A DNA stretch of 64,000 nucleotides from Candidatus Danuiimicrobium aquiferis (lineage in GTDB: Bacteria > Omnitrophota > Omnitrophia > Omnitrophales > Danuiimicrobiaceae). The DNA lies in contig MHFR01000042.1 in the NCBI GenBank assembly GCA_001804285.1, positions 78,725 to 142,724 of the forward strand. The letters run 5' to 3'. Positions 41,964 through 51,400 of this stretch are shown here, piece by piece. The notes below the pieces were generated by a model. That model was given only the letters and a program-made list of their open reading frames with translations, was not told where the DNA came from and did no database searches. How positions within the stretch are numbered: the stretch's first letter is position 1; the number at the start of each line of letters is the position of its first letter. A program made the translations under genes and the position numbers.

Positions 41964-43058
41964 ATGGGACTTAAAATCGGGATTGTCGGGCTTCCGAACG
42001 TCGGAAAATCAACCGTATTTAACGCGCTGACCAAGGCGGGCGCCGCGGTTGCGAATTATCCCTTTTGTACGATTGATCCAAACGTCGGCATTGTTCCGGT
42101 TCCGGACGCGCGGCTCAAGAAACTTGCCGACATGTATCATCCGAAAAAAGTAACGCCGACCGCGATCGAATTTGTTGATATTGCGGGGCTTGTGAAAGGC
42201 GCGTCTGAAGGGGAAGGATTGGGCAATCAGTTTCTCGGGACCATCAAAGAGGTTGATGCGGTTCTTTATGTGGTGCGGTGTTTTGAAGACGGAAATGTGA
42301 TTCACGTTTCCGGGAAAGTCGATCCGGAAAGCGATATCGGGATTATTCATACCGAACTTTGTTTGAAAGATTTGGATACGGTGACGACCCGCATTCAACG
42401 TCTTGAAAAAGTTTCGCGCACCGGAGATAAGGACGCGAAAACGCAGCTTGAGACACTCAAGAAAGCCGCCGAGCTGCTTGAAGCGGGGAACCCGATCCGG
42501 AGTGGCACGTGGACGAAAGAGGATGCGCCTGTTCTTCAGGAATTACAACTTCTGACGCAAAAGCCGGTGCTTTATTGTGCAAACGTCAAAGAATCCGAGC
42601 TGCCGAAAGGCGGGCCGTTCGTGGATGTCGTGAGAGCGATTGCTACGAAAGAAAATTCAGAAGTGGTTGTGATTTCAGGGAAAGTCGAAGCGGAAGTTGC
42701 GGAGCTTCCCGAAGACGAAGCGATTTTATATTTGAAAGAATTGGGGCTTGAAGAGCCGGGACTTAATCAATTAATTCGCGCCGGTTATAAATTGCTCGGA
42801 CTGATTACATTTCTAACGGCCGGTGAACCGGAAGTTCGCGCCTGGACGGTTAAGAAAGGGTCCACTGCGCCGCAAGCGGCTGGTGTCATTCACTCGGATT
42901 TTGAGCGTGGGTTTATCCGCGCGGAAATTATGCGCTACGACGACCTCATGGAACTCGGCAGCCAGCACGCCGTGAAGGAAAAAGGCCTCTATCGTCTCGA
43001 AGGCAAAGAATACATTATGCAGGACGGCGATGTGGTGTATTTTCGGTTTAATGTGTGA
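41964..43058 (+). CDS. ychF: Redox-regulated ATPase YchF
   Basis: GIVGLPNVGKST, ANYPFCTIDPN, DIAGLVKGAS.GEGLGN, APQAAGVIHSDFERGFIRAE. Confidence 0.98.
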   Translation: MGLKIGIVGLPNVGKSTVFNALTKAGAAVANYPFCTIDPNVGIVPVPDARLKKLADMYHPKKVTPTAIEFVDIAGLVKGASEGEGLGNQFLGTIKEVDAVLYVVRCFEDGNVIHVSGKVDPESDIGIIHTELCLKDLDTVTTRIQRLEKVSRTGDKDAKTQLETLKKAAELLEAGNPIRSGTWTKEDAPVLQELQLLTQKPVLYCANVKESELPKGGPFVDVVRAIATKENSEVVVISGKVEAEVAELPEDEAILYLKELGLEEPGLNQLIRAGYKLLGLITFLTAGEPEVRAWTVKKGSTAPQAAGVIHSDFERGFIRAEIMRYDDLMELGSQHAVKEKGLYRLEGKEYIMQDGDVVYFRFNV

Positions 43059-43067
43059 TGTGTTGAG

Positions 43068-43334
43068 ATATTGAATTCGTTGTTCCTCTTCGCTTTCTTG
43101 CGTGCGCCGATTTTAGCCCAACCGGCTAAACAAAATCGGTGTACTCAGCCTATACCAATAAGCTTCGAGCGGAAGCTTATTGGTATAAAGGCGCTCCGAG
43201 AAACAACGAGTTCAATATTTTATATATTTTGTTAAGAGAAAATCTCTGGGAGTTGTTCGCCGCGAGTTTGGCGAGCCAAATTTTCAAATTATTTTGGCGA
43301 GACACTGTCCGAGCGCCGAGCAACTCCCAGAGAT
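43068..43334. other. Two adjacent long stem-loop elements (43068-43218 multibranch; 43242-43334)
   Basis: Closing stems ATATTGAATTCGTTGTT / AACAACGAGTTCAATAT and ATCTCTGGGAGTTG / CAACTCCCAGAGAT with internal hairpins. Confidence 0.6.
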
Positions 43335-43395
43335 AAATCACTTTTGACTTATTATCAAACCTGCTACAATACGCCATTAACAAGGAGCAGAGCGT

Positions 43396-44037
43396 ATGTT
43401 TCGAACCATCATTGAAGATTATAAAGTCGTATTTAAACGTGATCCGGCCGCGCGTACGATTCTCGGCTGGCTTGAAGTCCTGCTGCTTTATTCCGGATTT
43501 CACGCGATTTTCTGGCACCGAATCAATCATTTTCTCCACAGCAAACTCCATATCCCATTTTTCCCGCGCTTGATCGCGCAATTAGTCCGCTGGTTTACCG
43601 GTATTGAAATTCATCCGGGCGCTGAGCTCGGTCCCGGCTTTTTCATTGATCACGGAATGGGCGTGGTGATCGGCGAGACGACGGTTACCGGAAAAAATGT
43701 GATTCTGTATCAAGGCGCCACACTCGGCGGAACGGGATCAGAACGCGGCAAACGTCATCCGACGCTCGGTGACAATGTGGTGGTCGGTGCTGGCGGGAAG
43801 GTGCTTGGGAATATTACCATCGGAAACAATGTAAAAATCGGTGCCGGATCAGTGGTGATTCATCCCGTACCGGATAACGCGACGGTGGTGGGCGTTCCCG
43901 GTGAAATTGTTCGGGTGAACGGAAAGAAAGTGAGCGACACCGGCATGCTTGATCACGGCGACCTTCCGGATCCGGTACTCGAATTGAAAGAGAAGCTGGA
44001 GAAGCTCGAGAAAGAAATCGAAAGATTAAGAAAATAA
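43396..44037 (+). CDS. cysE: Serine O-acetyltransferase
   Basis: [36 protein letters not shown]. Confidence 0.96.
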   Translation: MFRTIIEDYKVVFKRDPAARTILGWLEVLLLYSGFHAIFWHRINHFLHSKLHIPFFPRLIAQLVRWFTGIEIHPGAELGPGFFIDHGMGVVIGETTVTGKNVILYQGATLGGTGSERGKRHPTLGDNVVVGAGGKVLGNITIGNNVKIGAGSVVIHPVPDNATVVGVPGEIVRVNGKKVSDTGMLDHGDLPDPVLELKEKLEKLEKEIERLRK

Positions 44038-44041
44038 ACTG

Positions 44042-44159
44042 AAAATCCCAATGTCCAAATCCACAATGACCAAAAAAATCCCAAGAAAATCAAATATCCA
44101 ATTGGACTTTGGACATTGGGAGTTATTTGCGTCATTGTGTGCTTGGCCATTGGTCATTT
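44042..44159. repeat. CAATGACCAA-family palindromic element
   Basis: CAATGTCCAAATCCACAATGACCAA...TTGGCCATTGGTCATTT. Confidence 0.78.
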
Positions 44160-44178
44160 AATTCACACGTTTAGCATT

Positions 44179-44595
44179 ATGCGTTTCAAACTCTACACAG
44201 ACGGCGGGGCACGGGGAAATCCGGGGCCGGCAGCGATTGGCATTTACCTTTGTCATCTCGATGGTGAGGTGGTGCTTGAGCACGGTGAAACGATCGGTGT
44301 TGCCACGAATAACGTTGCGGAATACCGCGCTTTAATTGAAGGCCTTAAACGCGCGAGAGATTTGGACGCGAAATCCCTCGAATGTTTTCTCGATAGCGAG
44401 CTTGTGGTTAAACAACTCCAGGGTGAATATCAGATCAAAAATTTTCAACTTCAAAAACTGTTTGATGAAGTGCGAAGGGCCGAAGTCAGTTTTGAATATG
44501 TTTCCTATACGCATTTACCGCGGGAAAATGAAAACATGCGCAGGGCGGACCAATTAGTTAATTACGCGCTCGACTACGAACAGGGACGGGCCTAG
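44179..44595 (+). CDS. rnhA: Ribonuclease HI family protein
   Basis: YTDGGARGNPGPA, TNNVAEY, DSELVVKQ, PRE.N..AD; start reset to MRFKLY. Confidence 0.9.
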   Translation: MRFKLYTDGGARGNPGPAAIGIYLCHLDGEVVLEHGETIGVATNNVAEYRALIEGLKRARDLDAKSLECFLDSELVVKQLQGEYQIKNFQLQKLFDEVRRAEVSFEYVSYTHLPRENENMRRADQLVNYALDYEQGRA

Positions 44596-44632
44596 GCCCG
44601 TCCCCAAAATCGAACTAAATAGAGAGGTAAAC

Positions 44633-44986
44633 ATGACATTGTTTCTAACCGTACTTATTTGTCTTATTGCCGGTTTGGCGAGCTCACTTCTCGGAATCGG
44701 CGGCGGAGCGATTCTGGTGCCGCTATTTCATTATTTGCTTAAAATGGATATGCATCTTGCCATCGGTACATCCCTTGCGGTCATTATACCAACGACACTT
44801 GCCGGAACCTTTCAACACATCGTGGCAAAAAACGTGGATTGGCGCGTTTTTGCCATTGCGTCCGTCTGCGCTATTATCGGCGCGATCATCGGGGCTAATC
44901 TTTGTATGAAGATTGACGCTCAGATGTTGAAAAAGATTTTTGCGGTTTTTATCCTCCTGATAGCCATCCGGATGCTGATACAGTAG
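44633..44986 (+). CDS. Sulfite exporter TauE/SafE-family protein (half-size)
   Basis: GIGGGAILVP, AIGTSLAVI, four TMs. Confidence 0.88.
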   Translation: MTLFLTVLICLIAGLASSLLGIGGGAILVPLFHYLLKMDMHLAIGTSLAVIIPTTLAGTFQHIVAKNVDWRVFAIASVCAIIGAIIGANLCMKIDAQMLKKIFAVFILLIAIRMLIQ

Positions 44987-45018
44987 GGTTCTATTCCCCT
45001 TCAATCTCCTTATAAAAA

Positions 45019-45178
45019 GTATCTGTTTAGCGTTCTGAAGTGGCGAACACGCCAGGTTCGTGTCATGCCCGCATGCTTAAGGCGGGCATCCACAGTTTCT
45101 GGATTCCCGCTTTCGCGGGAATGACAAAAAAACAGATGCTCTTTTACAGATAATCGCTTCAAAGCGCTAAACAAATAC
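45019..45178. repeat. ~160-bp palindromic miniature element; inverted homologue of 4798-4957
   Basis: Outer inverted repeat GTATCTGTTTAGCG / CGCTAAACAAATAC; core TGTCATGCCCGC...GCGGGAATGACA. Confidence 0.8.
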
Positions 45179-45313
45179 TATAAAAACGCCTAAAAATTGT
45201 ATCTTATTAAATACATTTATAATACATAAAGCACATTTCTAAACAAATGTAAGCTATTTATATATACGTATGTAATAAATATAGTATTCTTTGAAAATAC
45301 CTTTCTAAATTAC

Positions 45314-45342
45314 TTGAAAAACTTAAACTCAGCGTGTATACT
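45314..45342 (+). promoter_or_regulatory. Putative sigma70 promoter of the giant gene
   Basis: TTGAAA-N17-TATACT in an AT-rich intergenic region, 64 bp before the ATG. Confidence 0.6.
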
Positions 45343-45406
45343 TCAAACTGATTCGAACATTCCATGGTATTCCCAAAAATCCGCAGTACTGGAATGTTAG
45401 GGGAAC

Positions 45407-48400
45407 ATGAGGGGAAAATCCAGAATACTTAGATCGATAGCAGCGGTGACCGTATTCTTTTTTTTCTGGAATACCGCTACAGCGTACAGCTTGCCGGTTC
45501 TCGGACTTTTGCCGGCCAAGTTAGGCACCGTCCAATCCACACCTGAGCATATTCCGTCACAATCAACCGACAAAACAGTTCTGCTTTTATTAAATGCTCA
45601 TACTTCAAGTGACGCACAAAAAAACATCGCCGAAATGCTGGAGTTCTTTCAGGCTCAAGGCATTGACCTGATTGGCTTAGAAGGCGCGGATGATCGGATC
45701 GACGGTGAGATATTCCGCAGGTTCCCGCATAAAGAGTCGCTTGCGAAAGCCGCTTGGCAGATGGTAAAAGACGGAAAGCTGACCGGAGCGGAATACTTTT
45801 ACGTTACAGCGGAAAAAATACCGGCATTTTACGGGATCGAAGACAAAGCGCTTTATCACGAAAATAAAAATGCATTTGTCGCGACTACCCAATTGCGTGA
45901 AAAACTTGCCGTAACTTTAGAAAAGGTTTCAAACGCCGCCGCCGAACTCAAAAACAAAATTTACTCCAAAAAACTCAAGAATTTCGATTCCCTTGTCACA
46001 CGCCATAAAAATCAGGACACAAGCTTCCTCGATTACTTTTCACAATTAAACGAAGCCTCCGACGATGCGGATATCGCGATTCCGACTTATCCGAATGTTT
46101 ACGCCTTATCAAAAGCAGTTGAAAAGGAAAAAACCCTCAATCAGAAAAAAGTTGCCAAAGATATCGAAAAAATCAAGAAAACCCTCCCGAAAGACGCAAT
46201 CCGGGAAGATATTTTTTCAATGGCCGGTAAAAACGATCTTGAATCTCGGAATAAAGATGAAAATGAAGATGTTTTATATATATATAAGAAGCTCTACACG
46301 TATTTTTCGGGGTTGGTTAATCCAAACGTAGGGGCGGGGTCATCCCGCCCGTTTGAGAAGGGCGCGGAGACCGCGCCCCTACAATTGAATGATTTCAAAC
46401 ATTTTAAGCGTTACTACGAATGGCTTGAAGCCGTTACGGCAGTCAAGCAGGCATCTCTTTTCGAAGAATTAGATGCGCTTGTGGTGCAAATTTACAGCCG
46501 GATCGCAAAATCGGATAAAGAGAAAACGCTGCTTGAAATCAACCGTTCTTTTGAGACATTTCAACAGAAACTTGCAATTCAATTGACGCAAAAAGATTGG
46601 GCGAGGGTGAAGGCTATAAAGGTGCCTGGCACGTTTTTTGTGCCTGGCACCTTTTCCGAACTCGGCGACCGTGCTCCTCAAATTTCACCGGAAGAACTCT
46701 TATTGATCGAACAGGCGAATGCACAGGCCTCCCAATTTTATGAAGTTGCCGAAAAACGAAACGTAATTTTCACAGATAAAATTATCAACCAGATGGAGAC
46801 ATCACAGAAAAACGTTTCCGTTGTTGTGGTCGGCGGTTTCCACGAAGCCGGCCTCAGAGCAGCGCTCGAAGCAAAAGGCGTTCATACGGCCGTGATTACG
46901 CCGAAAATGAAAGATGCGATTTCTGACATTCCGTATATAGAACGAATGACGGGAAAGCCCACCCAGCTTGAAAAAATCATTACCGAAGCCATGAGCGCGC
47001 TCGAACGTGAAATCGTGATTTCCGGAAACGCACCGGACGAGATGCGGCGAAATGCTGCAGTGGAACTTGTAACGGCTTCCGTGCTTGAGCGGTTGTGGAA
47101 TACGGATCCGGCACGCCGGGAACAGGTTGCCGATGAATTGAGTCGATCGATTTCCAGAATAATTCCGGGCGTTCAACTTGGTTTGCAGAAACCGGTTATC
47201 CCGGATGATTGCGAAGGTTCGGAAAAGTGTTTGCAAATTCCCGTTGTAATCAACGGAAAACAAATCGGCTTGTCCTTAAAACAGAATGGCGCGTCGAAAA
47301 CGTTTAGCATAGAGCGGGCAAAAGCCGGGGCGCTTCATGAATCGCCCGTACAACAACCATCCGAAGGGGCAATTTATGAATTGCCCGTACCGGTGAATGA
47401 GAATCCAATATTTCCCGGCGCAAAGCGATCTTTGTTCGCTGGTCACCTTGGTGCTGCAGCGGCAGTTGTCATTTCCCGTTCGGAAGTGCGGACCGTTACA
47501 GTTACCAGAGAAGAAAATGTTACGACGATTACGTTTGATGACGGAACGACAGTTTCTGATAGCAATGCGCAAAAATTAGCGGAAAAACTCAAAGCGGTAC
47601 TTCCTGAAAATCTGAGGACAGGAGTTTTAGAGGGAACCGATAAAGCAGCACAGATTTATGTTGTCTCGGGGTCGCGTGGGCGGGATATATACATATGGAA
47701 TACGGATGAACTTCAAACTGCTTTAAATGAATTATTAACTTCCAAATCCGCAACGCCACAGTTTCCGGCAGCAGCATCTCCGGTTATTGAGGCTCGCTCA
47801 GAACACCGTGTTGCTAAAATATTGACTGTGGTGGGTGTTATGGCGGGAGCGATTGCTTCTTACATAATTCCTAATCAAGCGATTCATTTGATCCAGCAAT
47901 ATAATGCGGATATATTTAAATGGGGTTTGATCAGTGTGGCCGGAACTCTTGTTGGGGGTGCGGTCATAGGATTGCTTTGGCATGAAGAAAGAGCGTGGCG
48001 CCAGGCCGCCGCGAAAACGCGCAACATAACAGATCGTTCCAGTGCTGATCAAGAGAAAGCCCAACGCTCCGAAGTGCGGATGAACGCTGATTTTGATGAT
48101 TTGTTCGGTACAAATTTATTTTCGTCAAGGTTGTCATTGGTGTTTGGGGTAATCCTTGTTGTCGGTATCGGCATCGGTATTGCTGTGAATCGGCATGAAC
48201 GTGGGAATACTCCTTTTCCAACCACTATGCCGGCAGAAAGTGCGCCCTCAAGTAATATTCAACCAGCCACCTGGCCAGCGGCGCGCTCCGAAGTGCGGAC
48301 GCAAAGATCGCCGGAGGAACTTTTAAACTTGTATGGAAGATTTGCGCGTGAATTTGCACAAAGAGCCGCGCCGTATCCCATAGATGAAGTCGGAATTTTT

Positions 48401-51400
48401 CACGTCATTAATTGTTTGAGAAAAATCCCCCGCGATACGAGTGACCGGGAAGGAATGGCGGATCCAAGACTATCAAAACCAATCGCTTATGCTATCGTGA
48501 AGCAAGCCCAGCAAGATGATGCTGAATCGAAAGCGTTGGCCGACCGATTACATATTCCTAAGATCAACCCATTGTATCTCGCGGCATTTGAACAATACTG
48601 GAAATATTTAACTACGCGACAGCCTCCCGTCAGTGACATAAGCCAAACTCTCGGAGTCCCCGTGACCTCCTGGCGGTTTGTGAAAGCGCTTCCGAAAGAT
48701 TCCGGCGAACTCAAAATTGTTCTGGATTATTTTCTGCAAATGCTGCGGAAAACCAAAGCGCAATTAGACCGGTCCCATGAAAGCATGATGGGCGATTCAA
48801 CGATAGTGGATGACATTTTAGGCGGAAGCACAATTCCAAACGGCGAACAGGTCGAAGCGATCAGAATGAGTTATGGCGACGAAGCTGTCGAACCGACGTT
48901 GAGGGAACAAGTTAAAGAATTATTATCGAAAGTGCCCGCACCGCAAGCCCGGCCCAAAGACCTGCAAAAAATTTCATTTGAGAAAATTCGTAAAGATCCG
49001 ACAAATGTGGAGAACTGGGAAACGCTGATCGCGGAATTTAATAAAGCGTTTGTTTATTTGCAGGGTTCTATCAATAAGGAAGCCGACGAGATTCGGAAAG
49101 ATGTAAAAAAGCTACGTGCCGAACCCGGCATGCGGGCATGGCTCGTCAACGGTTTTAAAATCAAGAATTTAATTAGAAAAATTGACCAGGGATACAGAAC
49201 CATCCAGTTTTATTCGGATATTAGCGCGCAGCTAAGCCAGTTGAGAATTCTTGCCCAGGCGGTCCATGACGCCAAGGCGAGTCCGCAAAAATTGAGAGCT
49301 TCTCCCAAGACGGGAAGCGGTCGTTCGGAAGTGCGTGGGTCCTTGAGAGAACGGATGAAAGGTTTTTGGAATGAATTTTCACCGGCTCAACAGCATATTC
49401 TCCGCCGTCAAGCTGGGACCTTGCTATTTATTATCGGAGTTGTCGGAATTGCAGTGGGGTCTGCTTTATTTGAACGCAAATCATCGCCGCCGACGACAGC
49501 TCCTTCTCCTACAAGTCAAAGATCAGAAATACGGACAACGCCAAGCACAGAGGAATTACTTCGGATTTCCGAATATATGAGGTTTAAGGATTGGCAAATT
49601 ATTTACAAGGCCGGATCCGGCCATCCGGGCGGAACTCTTTCCGCGACAGAAATTCTGGCAACGCTTTATTCCGACAGGGAGTTGCTTCGTATCGACCCAG
49701 TGCGGGACAGAAATACAGACTATACAAAACGTTGGAAAAACCGTGACCGGCTTGTGCTGTCTAAAGCACACGTCGTTCCGATTCAATATGTGGCTTTGTA
49801 TCTTTCCGGACTTTTGACGCGCGAGGAGATTGAAGCTTTACGTCAAGATTCCCAAGGACTTGCTCAAGGGCACGCGACAATGACGACGTCCGGTATTGAT
49901 CTTTCGGGAGGCGTACTCGGTTACGGGGCTCCGGCAGCGATGGGAATGGCGGTAGCGGCAAAAATGGACGGCCGCGATTATCATACCTTCACGCTGATCG
50001 GCGACGGTGAAATGCAAAAAGGTCCGATGTTCGAAATGATGCAAATCGCTCCGCAGCTCGGCCTCGATAATTTTACGGCGATCGTGGATTACAACCAGTA
50101 TCAGCAGAATCGCGCCAGCACCGGTTACACGGCCTTTGATTATGACAAGATGTCGAGTGTGTGGGAACTCGCCGGATGGAATGTCATCAAAGTGGACGGA
50201 GAAGATTTCAAAGACAACGCCCGTTATATTGAAGAATTGCGGAAAGGTCTTCGCGATTCCAAGAAAATGAAAAACAGCAAACCGACGGTTGTGATGGTGA
50301 AGTCCATCAAAGGCCGCGGCATTTCGGTCGCAGAAAATTTATTCCGCGCCGGCAATACAAAATTTCATGGTAGCGCTCCGAATGCACAGCAATATGAAGA
50401 AGGCGTGCGGGAAATCGCACCCCGGCTCGGCGTGAGTGTTGAGGACAGAAATCTGGCAGATATTGAAAATGATTTAGAAACAATCGGCGACGAACTGCGG
50501 GGAAAATTCCATGACAAATGGCAGATTAGGCAAGGCGGCTTTTTTGGAATCGATCAGAGGAATGACACGTCAGCAGCCCTTGCTTACCGGGAACGGGCGG
50601 CAAAGGTTGGCCAGATTCAACCCAAAGCATACAAACCCGGAGAGGAAGTCGCGACGCGTGTCGCCGCCGGAGACAAACTTCTTTATGAGGCAAGCAGAGA
50701 TCCTTCCCTTGTGTTTGTGAGTCCTTCTGATTTACAGGATTCCGTCAATTTCAAACCGATTGCGAAAGTATTAGGCGAATTTGGTTCACCGGACAAAATA
50801 GGTGACTTTGGTCCCAAAAGTCCGCAAGGCAGATTAGTCACTATCGGAATTATGGAAGACGGCGGCGTGGCTTTGTCGGTTGGAATTTCGGCTGCAGGAT
50901 TAGGATTTAAACCTTTTGTCGGAACGTTTGATCGTTTCGTCGACATTATGCTGACCACCGTTGAAATGGCTGCGCTTAACAGAATTCCTGTTGGAATTGT
51001 CGGCACTCACGCGGGTTCCGAAACCGGGCCTGATGGCGGCGGAAATTTTTCCATTAAAACACCGGCGTTGATAGGCGCTATTGCAGATCACGGACAGGAT
51101 ATGGCGATGTTCGAGCCTGCGGATGCTCCGGGAACCGTGATGGCGGTTGATCAAATGATTACTACTTTAACATCCGGCATGCCGGCTTATTTAAGAGCCA
51201 GCCGTTCTCCGCGGCTCGTGAGAGATCGCGCAATGGCTGTTCGAGATGAAGGAGAAAATGGATTTATTGTTTGGAAATATGCCCTGAATCCCAAAATTAT
51301 TTTAGTCGCAAGCGGTGCGACAGTGACCAATACCATTAAAGCAACCGAGCTGTTGGAATCTCAAGGGATACCTGTCAGTGTTATCGAAATTACGTCGGTG

